DNA of 63,370 nt, the filler included, from Folioceros fuciformis (Eukaryota), in assembly GCA_049999805.1 (NCBI GenBank). It is 4 parts of 3 records of this genome, joined end to end, with 100 filler letters (N's around TTAATTAATTAA, not from the genome) between each part and the next. Parts side by side here need not be neighbours in the genome. Positions count along the whole stretch, not along the records: positions 27,459 to 54,229 come from JBNGIO010006141.1; 3 more parts are not named here. The stretch is one strand, 5' to 3'. The notes under the pieces were generated by a model. It worked only from the letters and a program-made list of their open reading frames with translations. It made no database searches and was not told where the DNA came from. Each line of letters opens with the position of its first letter. Position 1 is the stretch's first letter. A program made the position numbers and the translations under genes. Of this stretch, positions 39,476 to 53,189 are shown in pieces.

Positions 39476-42400
39476 TCATAATAGAAAAGGCTTCACAACC
39501 AGGGGGCTCGTAACAAAATGAAACCCATCAGACCACTGCAGAGTGCCAAAGGAGTAGGTGCTGCCAGCTGAGGGAAGCTGCACCTGGAAGAAGACGCTGA
39601 AAGTAAGCTGTTGCCCTACAAACTGGAACTCCAGGGTCGAGGGGACAACAGTGACAGCAACGCCATAAGGTGCAGCCAAGGCTGCATTGTAAGTCACAAC
39701 ACCTTCAGGCCCTACGTTCGTCACAGTTCTCACGACAGTTTGGTTGCCCGGAAGCCATGACACTGTGATGGAAGGATAGTTCAAGTTGAATCCTTGCAAG
39801 ATGGTCGCAGGGCACACCAAACCTGCACAGATAGACACGATAAGACGGACGGCCACCACATTAGGTCGTCTCCAGTGTTTCCCTGCCAGCCCAAAATCCA
39901 AAGCCAGCAATGTTTACTCTCTGCAGCGGCGAACACACAACTAAATGGGCTGTACCTGCACTGAGAGCACGAGTGGGCCAAAGACCGCAAGCGTAACTGA
40001 CATAGTCGTCAAAAAAAGCGTCATAGACGAGTCCAGGCTCGAGGGCCCTGGCAGGGCTCACATGACCTGCTCCAAAGTCGAAGTACCCACCAGGGGCACC
40101 CGAAGGGTATGATGTAATGGTTTCGTTAACGGTGGTGCCTAGCAGGTAACTGTTGTCCACCTGGTAAGCTGCAAGAAAGCAACATAATTCAGTTTCCTAA
40201 GGCACCAAGCTCTAGCCATGCCCCGGACCCCGAGGAGTACTGCTGTTCTCACAGTTGCAAACTCTCATTACCAGTGGTCATGATGGAGGATTTGATGGCT
40301 GCAGGACTCCAGTCTGGATGAACGACCTTGATCAAGGCTGCAATCCCTGCAACGTGAGGGGTGGACATCGATGTTCCTGAAAGGATGTTGAAGTTTACCT
40401 GCCTGAACGCAGTGTACCCATCTGCAGACCTTGGGGAGTAGGCTGCTAGGATGTCAACTCCTGGAGCCGTGATATCAGGCTGCAACCATCCCCAAAACGG
40501 CCAACTCATTTCTGCAAACATCTGGATGCAGAGCAGCTTGGAAACAAGTTCCACACTCCTAATGGGGAAATCAAGACTGTGCAACCTCGCCAGGTACGGG
40601 TACCTTAAGGATGTCAGGATTGGCAACGCTGGGGCCCCTGGAAGAAAACGCTGCCACCTTGGGGGCAGGCTTGTAGTCAAAAACTGCCTGTGTAGGAAGG
40701 ATTTTTGCAACCGGGCTCGCTGTAGACTGGACATAGGCATCAACGATTGCAGCAGCTGCAGAATCGATGACCGTAACTGGTAGACGAAATTGTTGAGACC
40801 CCAAAGGATTTCCCACATAAATCAGTCCAACTCCGCCAACCCTCTGCACCTCACCGACAGCATTAATCGAAGTATTGTAGTTGCAAAGAACAATGGCATT
40901 GGCTGCACGGGCCGGATCCAAGCTGAAGTCCACGCAGAAACTGCACAAGGCGATGAGTCCCCCAAGTCAGTTGACCCGTAATTAAGCATTTACGACAAGG
41001 AGACAGACAGTTCAAGCTCCATGGGAATCACCTGGCCAGAGTGCTGTCAGTAGATGAGACTGCAGCCTGCGAGCCGAATATGATCGGAACGAAGTTCCCG
41101 GATGAGAAACGGTTGAGTACCCATTTGCCCTGCAACACCCAACACAGATCCACTGAGTCCCTTCCAAAGGAACAATCCATTGAATCTATCCAGAATCCAG
41201 AGCAACTTCAACAAGCTGGAGCAGCGCATACTGGAACCAGAATGCCGTCTCCGAGGAGCACATTGGTCACAAATTCACGATCCGTGGTGGATGCACCAAC
41301 TGTGAGGATCCAGGGAGAAGAATTGGAAACAGTGCTGTAACCAGGCCCGTCGTTTCCACCGGCTGCCACCACCACAACCCCTTGCCTGACTGCGTGGAAA
41401 GAGCCCACGCCCACCCCATCTGCGAGCAGAGACTCTCCATCACTAGACGCAAGAGACACAGATAGCACCTGCACTCCGTCAGCGATGGCGTCGTCGAAGG
41501 CTGCCAGGACATCTGCATCGAAGCATGCCCTAAGGGGATTCCAGCACGCTTTATAGATGGCCAACCTGGCTCCTGGTGCACCACCTGTGACGGTGCCCTT
41601 CCCGATGGAGAACAAGCTCACAGCTGGCACTCTTCTGCCAGCAGCCACGGATGCGCAGTGGGAGCCGTGCCCGTCTATGTCTCGCGCAGAAAGAACGTCG
41701 TCTAGAGCACCCCATGCTGCCGCTGCTGCATAGTAGAAGCGAGCTCCAATCACCTTCCTGGAATGTGGAGGATCCAGAGCCTGTCACATGCTTCTGGTCG
41801 AGACAGCCTGGGCCAAAATCGTTCTGTTCGATGGACGCTGTATTGCAAAATCTACAAGCAGCTTACTTGTTGCAAACATCTGCTGCAAAGGAATCGCCGG
41901 GCACGCATGCTCCCCTCCAGGTCAGAGGAACTGGTGGCATGTCCAGGTCACTGAAACTGGGTGATTCTGGCCAGTAACCTGTCGTACAAGCAGGATATCC
42001 AAGCTCAAGGCATTGAGTGTCAACCTGGACCAAAACACGCAAAGCCTGCTGTGCTAGAACACCCCCTCACGAATCCCGATGGCAACCCGTTACGGCCTGC
42101 ATACCGTACCTGTGTCGATGACACCAATAACAACATCCGACTGGTTGACGAGAGCAGGGAATCCATATGAGTTTACAGTTACATTGCTGTTGACGCCAAG
42201 GAAGTCCCAGGAATGTGTGGTCTGGAGTTTGCGAGCCTGGCTGAGGAACACAGAGCGAACCTTCCCCGACTCTGCAAAGACATATTATCCAAGCTAGTGC
42301 CCCAACTGCACAGAAGCCGATGCTAGAAAGACATGTTTGAAATTCTGCACATTAACATTGCGTTTCCAGTACCTCTCAGAGCCTGCGCATGACGGGAGGT

Positions 42401-43031
42401 AAGCTTGGCAGCGAAGCCCTGGAAGGACCTGTGATAATGGTACAGGATCGCGTCCGGGACAGCAGCAGTGCTGCAACACAACAGCACGATTCCAAGACTC
42501 TCAATCCAAGCAGTACAATGTTGCAGACGGTAGAAAAGCTGTGAACAAATAAAGCGCCTTCGAATCTGGATTCAATATAGAAGCAGTACTAGTTGGGCTG
42601 AATCTTACGAAAGGCAGAGAAGATGGCCCGGCAAGGGGCTTGCAAACACAGACTTGGCACAAACCTTTCGAGAACAGATGCGAGCAGGTCATGGTGCTCG
42701 GAAACAACCTCCACATCATGCCTTCCGGACTTGGCTCCAATGTACACCACGTACACCTGCTAGTTGCCACAGGTCCCCAGTGCCGTACACCTCAACAAAG
42801 TGTGTGTGTGTGTGTACTGAATGTATGTATGTATCACGAATCTTGCAAGAGCAGGATTGGGCCGGCGCATCCTCCGGAATCCGAAGAACATGTACAGCAC
42901 GGTGGCTCCGGATTGGATGCACAAACCTCGGTTGGAGCAGCCCCGGCCCCTTGGACGCGCAGCTCGTAGCGTCCGTGGGGGAATAGCAGAAGCAGGAAGA
43001 TCGCCGTGAGGAGACTGGGGGAGCCAGCCAT
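39476..43031 (-). CDS. SBT: subtilisin-like serine protease (S8), copy 1, multi-exon
   Basis: Signal peptide [17 protein letters not shown]9 prodomain VYVVYIG; triad [32 protein letters not shown] domain; Fn3-like C-terminus LNYPSI...RTVTNVG...VTSPLVV. Confidence 0.95.
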
Positions 43032-43963
43032 CGCACCAGTTTCCGCCTGCTCCAACCCAAGGCCGCATCGATGCAGGAGAAGCAAATGCGCGAAAGCGCA
43101 GGCCCCCGGGAGGTGCGCGGAGAGTGCGCAAATCCTCGTCTCAAAACGCTGCCAGACGCTATCCAGTCGAAGGGCAGCGACTGCGCTGCGTCGTCACAAA
43201 TGCTCAGAATAGACATGGCGCCACCAGAAGGCGTGGAGGAAGGGAGGCGGAAACAGGCGCCGCTTGCCTCCTGCTCCCTCCCGTTGCTGCTCTTCCTGCT
43301 TCTGGTCCCGCAGACGCCGACGTCGGGGCGGGTCCGGACACAGGACTCGGGACACGGGGACTCGGGACCCCAGACGGGTCCACCATTCCCTGTCTCTTCC
43401 AAGCCGGCTTTCACTACCCACTATCCCTGTATGTGTGTACTGCACAGTATTGAAGAGTATCGTGAATCAGGGCAGCACGCGGCTTGCGGGCAACGCAAGA
43501 GGGCAAGGAAATCTTGATGCAGGAAGTATGTTTCCTTCCGTTTCACGCATTACAAGTTTTGGAAACCATTTTCAAGGGATCGTCTGAGAATTAGGGCTAC
43601 CATTGCATTGCAACTCATGTTCTACATGAGTAGGAGGCGATTAGGCCAGCCCGATCAGACCAGCCAGCCAGCAAGAGTTCACAAAACTTTTCAAATGTGC
43701 AAAGAATGAAATACAGTTTGTTGTACAAGTGTGTGCGACACGAAGCATGAGCTGTTCACAAACTCCACCATTCCATGAGAGAAAGTGGACGCACTTGCTA
43801 CATTCTACACAAGCAAATCTCCCAGGGATTGGTAAAAGAATTGTGGGCTGTTAACCCCACTTGTTTCTCAATTGCTACATACAAGAGAGTGAGGATGAGA
43901 GAATGAACAAGTTGAACCGATAGGGAGTGGAAGGCTGGAGATGGTACGGTACCTGGAGCTGAT

Positions 43964-46900
43964 CTAGAAGGAGGCGGGAGTGACAGTCAAGGGACTGGCG
44001 ACGTTATGGTATCCATCCGACCATATCAAGTATCCCCAGAAGGTGATGCCATCAGTTGCAGGAACTGGTGGTGTGAAAGTGACTGTGAAGGACAAAGTCT
44101 GTCCTACAAATTGGAAGGAGAGGGCAGGAGGATCAACTTGTACCAAAACGGAAGGGTCAAAGATGACAGTGGGCATGTAGGTGACAACTCCAATAGACCC
44201 CACATTCGTCACGCTTCTGGTCACTGTCACAGGGGTCACTAGATGAGATACCTTGATGGCTGGATAGTTGATATCATAGTGCGCCGTGGGAGCCACTGGA
44301 CAGGTAGCAACATTATCTCCAGTGAAGAGGCGGAGCTCAGCGTCTGTGACGCCGAAGTTGCATATGAAATCAACGTAATCGCCAAAGTTGACATCGTATA
44401 CGAGTCCCGGATCCAGAGCAGCAAGTGGGTACGCGTGGCCAGATCCGAAGTCCAGAGGGCCTCCTGAGGTGAGAGAAGGGTACGTTGTTATCGTCATGTT
44501 GAAATTGTCCACGCGGGTGGCTGCACAACACACACACACAAAGGCCGGTCCGGTCGTTAGGACTGAGAACGCTACTTCAACTCACAGACTGGAAGAGAGG
44601 AGGATTTTGTTGACATGGCTATGCTATGCTGCACAAGATAAGAAAACAAGGAGGTGGCGTGCCTGTTGTCATGATGGCGGACTTGATAGCTGCAGGACTC
44701 CATCCCGGGTGTGCAATCTTGATGAGAGCAGATATTGCAGTGATGTGAGGGCAGGCCATAGATGTGCCGGATATAATATTCAGAGCCAGAGATCGACCTC
44801 CAGTTTCAAAAGCGTCTGCTTCGAGAGGAGAGAAAGCGGCCAGAATGGCTTGACCTGGAGCTGTGATGTCAGGCTGCACACCACACAGGAGTGCTGCATT
44901 AGATGAGGGCCCAGTACTAGGCTCATTGGAGGTAGCAGCCATGATTAGGCCCCTCGCCAAATTGACAGGTAACCTCCACAGACACACGAGCTTGGGGCAT
45001 TCCATGAGCTGTGGTCTGCAGCGTGCCATACCTTGGGGATGTCGGGGTTACGAAGGCTGGGGCCTCGGGAGGAAAAGGCGGCGACTCGAGGTGCAGGTAC
45101 TTGCCCGTAAGTTGGTGCAGTAGGCAGGATGACACCCACAGGAGTCCTGCAAAAGCCATGGCACACCATGTCAGCCAGTGTAAACCACCTGGCCTGATTG
45201 ACGGTCAGCCACCCAAGGTTGTTGCACTCAGCAACTCATGACAAGAGTGCGCAGAGAGCTTACGCTGTGTTCTGCAAGTACGGCAGCTGCAGGGCTTGGT
45301 TGGCGGCGTCGGTGGAGATGAATGTGGCAGGCCCGACAAACTCTCGTGGCGCGGTTGGAGTGCCCACGAGAATGATACCCAATCCACCGGCTTGTCGCAC
45401 CTCATCCTCTGCACCCGACACTGTCGGATCATATTCGCACACCACGATTGCTCCTGTCACAAGTTGAGGGTCCAGGCTGGAGGGGACGCAGAAACTGCGC
45501 CACACACAATCCAAACGCGTGTAACATCAATGACAGCCAGCCCAGCATACAACTTCCCACTGCTTGCATGATTTGCATCCCACACACTGTTGAACGGTAC
45601 ACACACAAAGCTGCTGGTACAGTGCTTCCAGGTTTGACATAGTACTTGGCTTGATCTTGGGAGACTCCGACTATTGCTGCATTGGAACTCAGTACGATGG
45701 GAGCTTGACTCGAAAACTGGAAGGGGTTGAAGACCCAGCCTCCCTGGAACAATAGGGCACAGAGTCCGAGGTCGAGAAGCAGCGATGTCAAATGGTTGTG
45801 AGAAAAGAGTCAGACCAGGTGAAGGGTCCTTGAACACCAACAGGAGATGAGGGAACGACTGGCATGAAGGGACTTACGGGGATGATGCTGCCATCTCCGA
45901 GCTGCACATTGGTGACGTATTCACGATCCGTGGTGCTGGCAGCCACTGTGAAAATCCAAGGAGCAGTGTTGACCACCGTGCCGTAATCCGGGCCGCTGTT
46001 ACCGGCCGAGGCGGACACCAGGACGTTGTTCTTGACGGCGTGGTAGGATCCAAAAGCGATTCCGTCGTTGAGCAGGGAGACGTCCCCTTCCCCGTTGGAG
46101 TTCCCGATAGAGATGGAGATGATATCCACACCATCAGCGATGGCGTCGTCGAAACCCGCAAGTATGTCGGCGTCGGTGCAACCCGCAGGTGTGAAGCAGA
46201 CCTTGTAGATGGCCAGTCTGGCCCCGCTCACACCCCCTGACACTACGCCCTCTCCGATGCCGTACTGTGTCGCATCGTACCTGCCTCCTGCTACGGTGGA
46301 TGCAGTGTGGGAACCGTGGCCGACAGTGTCTCTGGCAGACAGTATATCCTGCAGGGTCCCGCCTTGGGCCTGCACAGCTGCTAGTGCTCCCTGGTAGTAG
46401 TAGCGAGCGCCAATCACCTTGCTGCAATTTCCGGGACACGCACGCCACAGACATCGATGATCCAATTGGGCTTCACCGAGGAATCAGCCTGGTATATTCA
46501 GCACACCAATGGAATGGCGACCAGTGGCAGTTTCCTTACTTGTTGCAAAGGGTGGCGGCAAATTGGTCGCCTGCAACGCACGCTCCCTTCCAGCGAAGAG
46601 GAACTGGTGGGAAATCCACGTCCTGGAAACTGGCAGATTCGGGCCAGTATCCTGCGAACAGCGGCAACAAGCAGACAGCGTTCAGCTCCCGATCGCGAGC
46701 TCGTGATCGCAGCAGGCAACAGAATTGGTCAAGGACACAAATTTCCCAAAACCGCGCTCCATCACGAACAGTACCGGAGTCCAGCATCCCGATGATGGTA
46801 TCGGTTTGCGAGGCCGGAGGGAAGTAGTAGGTGTCGTTTGTGCCTGGCACCAGAATGTCACTGCTGTCGAAGTTGAGGACGCGCAGAAAATTCCACGAAT

Positions 46901-47565
46901 GACTCGTGTGCGGCTTGTGAATCAAGCTCTTGAACACACCCACAACCTTCTCTGACTCTGTATTCCATTTCACCAGGTTCCTGCATCCGGGTGAGATCTC
47001 GTATCGCAGGGCCGGGGTCGGGACTCAAGCAAACGATCCGGAGCTTGCCTTTGAGTTTTGCGACATGACTGAGGTCCAGTTTGGCAGCGAAGCCTCGGAA
47101 CGTCCTGCGGTAGTGGTACAAGATTGACCCAGTCGCAGCCTCCACACTGCCAACACAAAACAGTCAACTTCACACTCGTCTTCACTCACACAGTCCAGAT
47201 CGATCTCACGTTCCAGCGTCGGGATGAATGCACGCAGCTCCACCACCATACAACCAACACGTTCATGGACGCCGTTTCACGCAGCCTGCCGAGAACTAAC
47301 CTTCCCAACACCGTCGCAAGAAGAGCAGTGTTCTCCAACACCGCGTCCAACTGGAAGCCCCCGGTGTTGTCTCCCAAGTGCACCACATACACCTGCACCG
47401 GGCATCAAACGGTGAGCCCACGCATCCCCACACCCACAGCAGACACCCACACGACTGCGGCATGATTCGGACCTCTGGAGCAGTATCGGCTGCAGAGATG
47501 GAGGACAAAGGAATCAGAAGCAGCAGCGCTAGGACGAAACATCCAGCCATCCTGTGGATCGCCAT
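43964..47565 (-). CDS. SBT: subtilisin-like serine protease (S8), copy 2, multi-exon
   Basis: Signal peptide [27 protein letters not shown]; triad [35 protein letters not shown]...RSVTNVG...VASPL; intron positions match copy 1 where compared. Confidence 0.95.
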
Positions 47566-47933
47566 GGATCGAATCCAGCCGACCCGTCTGCTCGAGACTC
47601 CGTCCTTCCTTCCTTCCGGCGGCGTCTCTGGCTGCTGCCCTCGCTTTGGGATGAGCAGACACCAGATTCGCACACCCAGCCAGAACCCCTAGCCTCCTCT
47701 GTATAGTAAGCGGACGGATGTACGTGCAGAGGAGGAAGCATCGCTGTACCTTCGCGCCGAAACGGTCGCATCTTCGGTGCACTGTACCAGCACGGCGACT
47801 TGGGACGCGCTTTCTTGACTTTCAGAAAGGAGTAGCGACGAAGGCAAGCAGCCAGCTATCCTATAACGAACGGCGGCAGAAAAAAGAGGAGAAGCAAAAA
47901 GTTTCAAAAAACTTTTTGAATACATACCTAGCC

Positions 47934-47989
47934 GGAAATGGATACATATATCTATATATGCGCATATATAGATATATATATCCATTTCC
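47934..47989. repeat. 56-bp spacer-less palindrome (one mismatch)
   Basis: GGAAATGGATACATATATCTATATATGC | GCATATATAGATATATATATCCATTTCC. Confidence 0.9.
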
Positions 47990-48453
47990 TTCATCCCTCA
48001 AGGCGCTTGGAGCATGAAGTACATGTACATTTATCCGTCCACAGACTTGCGGCAGTGAGACCTCATGTTGTCCAAAAGCCAACACTCACTGTTAACAATG
48101 AGGCGGCAAGCCCTAGCGAGCGAGGCTCGGTACGCGTTAGATCGCACCCGCTGCACATTGACTTCGTACATCAAAGTACATATTATCCCCCCACTTGCTC
48201 TCATCCCGTACAAACGTAGTCAGTCTCGAGAATCAATCTCAAGATTGGCTTGCCTGACATCTCCGAAATTTCCCAAAGAAATAAACCACAATCCATGCCA
48301 ACTTGTCCACGGTTCGTCCGCTTTCTGGTCCACTTACTCCTGGTTGTGCGGGACAACCAGCGCCTACTTGCCTGCCTGCCCGCTTGCCCACGTTTCACTT
48401 AACCAAGAACTGCAGAGAGGCAAACGTCACGAGCCCGCTGGAGCGGGTGTGGG

Positions 48454-51400
48454 TTAGGGATTCGAAGCTGGCACACACCCATTCTTGTCGGCCAGCAGCC
48501 GCGCGACCAACACGTCTGCCGGATCGTCTTTGACCACACTCGGGATGACAGTGGCCGGATCTACCAGCTCCAAGAACTGCTTCAACTCCGAGAAGCTGGA
48601 GTGCTCGCTGTAAGGAACTTCGTACCTGCGGCGGCAGCACATCAGTCAGACGAGTCGAGTCGAGTCACGCGAGGGAGGATTTATGGCCAGACCTGCGGAC
48701 GCTTGACGGGTCAGGAACGCACCGTATGACTGCTCCCTGCTGCTTTCGCCGGCCCGTGAATCGTTTCTTGTCTCGACCGAAGTTCCAGCCGGTGAGGGAT
48801 AAAGCCACCACGGAGTTGTACCGCCCCTGCGTCATGAAGACGGCGGTCAGTCATGTATGCGGGGGAATCTCGTTGTGGCTTCACCAGGGAAGCACAGTGC
48901 TCACGCGATAGTGCCGAGAGATGGAGCCCATTCTCTTGAAGCTCGCAATGCTCCACAACGGAACTACGTGAATCTGACTTTCTTGGTCGTTGGATGTAAG
49001 CCACCGTGTCTCGTCTTCGCGCAATGCCATGCATGACAACAGCCTCCGCTTAGCTGCACCAACGTAAACCTTCTTCTGGAGTGCTCGCCCCACCTCCAAA
49101 AACACTCGCTCCTTCCCTGAGCACCACACAAAGGCTTCAGAAACATGTTCAGGAGACCGAGCTTGCCTGGACATCAGCTTTGAAACACACTACCATGTCT
49201 TCATGTTGACGCTCACCTATCGTGTAGGTGCCGATCAGAAACAGCGTTTTCGGATTGAAGGTTTCTGCTTGGATAGCCTCGATCACAAACTGGACAGCAG
49301 CATCCTGTTCCGGAAAATCGTACTGGACGAGTCATACGAATCAGTCCCAGCATTGTTGAAAAATGACGAAAAACAAGTCACCTTGTTCACAGAGCATCAG
49401 GCGCACCTGGGGGTCACAGTACGTCGTGTCCAATATCAGAGTGTGGATTGTATTTGCAAGAAGCACTGGCTCATTAGCCATCTTCGTGCAGTATCGAAAA
49501 TCTCCGGTGTGCAGGACATTCTGCAAACCACAGAATTAGAGCATGCACAACAAATAATGGAAGCAAGAACATGCTCGAGCGCACAGTTGATCTTTGTCAA
49601 ATCAGGATACCTTGTTACAAGCGAGCTGAAAGAGAATCATCACAGATCCTGGACAGTGATTTGCATCGATGAAGGTGACTTTGACTCCATCGATTGTGAC
49701 CGCCTTGTTCAGATCGATCACCTCAATGTGACTCAGTGGCACACCAATTTGCATGTTAACAAGGGCTGCAGTAATCGCTGAGCAGTATATTTTGCCATGC
49801 CTGAAAGCCCTAGTGAGCCCTTGGTAGTCTGCCGCAGCAATCAAAATCAAAATCTGAGGTCCAACACCAGGAAAGCTTAGTATCACCAGGCTCTTCGGCT
49901 CTGCTCACAAGCAGGAGCAAGACACAAACTATTAGAGCTTCAAAATTGGAAACTTACGATCAGTGTGGAAGTGAGTGAGAAACCAGTGACAGCATTCTGT
50001 GGTCAAGTGCCTAAACGCATCCTGCAGCAGTTCACGTGTAAAGGTGTTGGTGGACCCCCATTTGCCACAGCGATTGTCCAAGCAAGCAGAAATACCCACG
50101 TACGTGTACCGAAACCAGGGGAGTGCAAGCTCACCACTCTGAAGCTCGTGCCAGGGATACACATCCAAGGCGGGACTGGAGGACTGATCTTCCGACATAA
50201 ATTCCTGTTCGAAGATGCAGAAGGGTTGGCTCTAGGAGGGGCCACTGGTGCAGCGTTGGTACACTGGGATGTTTGTTGAACAGTGGCATGTGGCGTCCTT
50301 GATGAGCCTGCAGAATGTGCGAAAAAGTCGGTAATGCGTTTTGCGCTGGACGACGTGGTGTTCCCGTTCAACTTTTCCTGGCTGCCAACCTCACTGTTCT
50401 CAGCTGTGGAGAGATCCTTTCCTGATTTTAAAACCCGTATCTCAGAGATGATCTTCCTCCTTGGACCGAGCGCTGCTATACCCAAACCCAGCAGATCCTG
50501 TCTCCAAGAATATGACGAAAATGTGAAAAGAACAGAACACAACGACGCAGGAAGTTTAGGGTATCCTTCACAGGATCATCAAGCAAGCTACCAGATTGAT
50601 CAGACAAGACTGTCAATTCAGAGTACCACAGAGACGGCCATGGTGGGAGCACAGGCCTCAGCAACAAGCACTGACCTCTTCTTTGAGCCACTGCAAGGTA
50701 TCCCAATCGATCTCTTCCCTGATGAAGATATGAGCATACTTTGAGAGGTTCAGTTTCTCCAGCCATTGCAAAACAGGGCCCAGGCCAGCACCTGGTGAGC
50801 ACGTCCCCTCGTTCACTTCCTGACCACACAATGGACCAGGATATCAGAACCACATTCCACATCCAAATCTGGTGCCATCGTTGTCCAGTAAGTGCCTCAG
50901 TCTCGTTGTACCTGTTCCATGTCCAGCTTGTCCAGACATGCATTCGTATGTGCTTCCCGTTGCGGAAAAGGAAGGCCTCCCAGAGACAGCTGACATATGG
51001 GGCACTCAGGAGTCAACACACCACTGGACAGGGATTCAACAGTGAAGCAACCATCAACAGGTGCTGCCTCCTCTGCGCACTCTCCCCCGCGGCTGTCGTT
51101 CACCACCACGGAAGTCCCAACCAAATCGCCATACCTCGAGTGGGGTGCAAGGCCCTTGCTACCGTCTGAACCGGAGACCGCTGACACAACGTTCGTAATA
51201 TCACCCAAGGGCGGCCTCGATGCTCTGGGAACATCTCCCTCGTGTCGCTTCCCTTCCTTTCCTCTCGGGGTGCTCACTTGCGTCAAAAAACTAGTTATGT
51301 CTTCCTCACTGAGAGCACTGTCTCCGCCTCCATTGCTGACAAGCGAGACGGAAGGAACATTTATCGCCACCTCCACGGCTGCATCCTCACCAGCATGTGA

Positions 51401-51928
51401 AAGGCCTGCACTTTCCGAATCCCCTGCTTCCTCAGTAGCTCTACTACACAAGCTCAGCAGAACATTCAGCTGACTCCCCCCTGCCACTGGCGCAGACGAC
51501 AGGAAATCCGGCTCGCCAGATGCCCCAGCAGCTTGAGTCCCAAGAACAGACTCCACATCCCCCTTCACCTCGGTTCTCGCGGAATCCTGGTGACACAAGC
51601 TCTCCATCCTTTCTGCATTGCTTTCCAGCCCCCTATCCCTCGGCTGGGCCGCAGTGCAAATCCTTCCTTTTTGAACGGAAGACAGTCTTGCCTGATGCAG
51701 TGCGCTCCCTGCACTGATCACTTTCCGAATCTTGCAACCTCCCTCATGTCCTTTGCCTGCTGTGCTCCACATGCATCCAGCCTTCCTCCTTCCGGAACCT
51801 CCAAAGAGACGCTCCTGCTTCTTCAAAGCAAGCTGCTTTCCAGATTGCTGAAAGTCATCATCATCGCTCACCTCAGCAACAGCCAGAGCCAGCGCCATGG
51901 CCGAATCCAGGTTTGTGTCGGCCGCCAT
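48454..51928 (-). CDS. SNM1: DNA cross-link repair nuclease SNM1/PSO2 (DCLRE1A-like; metallo-beta-lactamase/beta-CASP), multi-exon
   Basis: Zinc finger CPIC...HTNACLD; SAM-like LGIAALGPRRKII; FLTHFHTD|HY, ANHCPGS, LHTGDFR, LILDTTY, GTYTIG|KERVF, PTGWNF, YEVPYSEHSSFSEL, VIPSV. Confidence 0.95.
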
Positions 51929-52779
51929 TCCTCCTGCTGGTTTCAATCCCGAGAGCGAGCCAGTTCAAATACATCCACATACCAGGCACCCGCCAAATCA
52001 AGTACAGTACCTACCGTACTACACGGTCTTCTGTGTTTGTCGTAAACCAAGACGTACTTGCACATACATTCATATATGTACTACTGAGCCAGTACTTACC
52101 TATCTATCCTATATTATTAGGTATAGTATATAATATAATATATTTATTAATAGAAGAAATAACAAAACAAATTTATTAAAAAAGGACGACGCCTCTTCTT
52201 GAACCTTCTTCTTGACTTAACTCCAAGTCTAATTAAGCTGAAGTAGTATTTTTTCTAAGTAATAATTATCTTTTATTATTTTTATTTTTATTTTTATTTT
52301 TATGACAGATAATATGCAGCAAGTGCAAACTTTGAACTATTAATTAAAAAGAAGCTTCTCACTACAGCAAGCATACATCAATGACAACTTGGTCATGTTA
52401 ACATCACCAAGACCAACATGTTAACATGACCAAGACCAACATAATAGAGGTTAGCTTAAATGCGGAAAATAGACGTTAGCTTAAATGGGGAAAAGTTTTA
52501 CATGCTTTTACATATGACTTAAACTCGATCACTTCCCAATATAAATCAACAAGAAGTATAGTCTTTGCACACACAAAGGTCAGTATTGTCCATTTCCTTA
52601 GTATTATATTATGATGTTTGAACATTGTAATATCTTACTAGGGAACTGAAGATTATGGAGTAAGAAAATATAGATTTATAAAGACATTATTTCTCTTCAA
52701 CATGAAAACCTAGTCTGACTTTCACTCATAACAATAGCTCCAATAGATAACACATTGCTCAAAATCCTCTAGATAAGGC

Positions 52780-52827
52780 ATCTTGAGGATGTATTATCTT
52801 GAGGATGTGATAATACATCCTCAAGAT
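52780..52827. repeat. perfect 19-bp inverted repeat with a 10-nt spacer
   Basis: ATCTTGAGGATGTATTATC ... GATAATACATCCTCAAGAT. Confidence 0.9.
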
Positions 52828-52921
52828 CTAGATAAGACCGATGTCGTGCTGTGCCGCTAAACATCCCACTCATGCATGGTTCATTAGTTAACAATACTCA
52901 CACCACACCATATTACACACA

Positions 52922-53189
52922 TATTAAACACTACATGATAGTGCTCTAAGCTTGTAAGAGACAAGCAAACATTAAACACTACATAATGGTGCTCTAAGCT
53001 TGTAAGAGACAAGTGTTTGCTTACTGCGTTGGCTATTAACCACAAATATATTAGATATCTTTATGGAATCTACCAAAATGGTACGTAAGTGTACATTGGT
53101 GCCAACTGCGTTGGCTATTAACCACAAATATATTAGATATCTTTATGGAATCTACCAAAATGGTACATAAGTGTACATTGGTGCCAACT
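52922..53189. repeat. two local tandem duplications (~43 bp and ~82 bp)
   Basis: ATTAAACACTACAT...GCTCTAAGCTTGTAAGAGACAAG twice; ACTGCGTTGGCTATTAACC...GTACATTGGTGCCA twice. Confidence 0.85.

Noticed and set aside
49203..49781. 192-aa plus-strand ORF
   Set aside because: Antisense to SNM1 exons; no independent evidence
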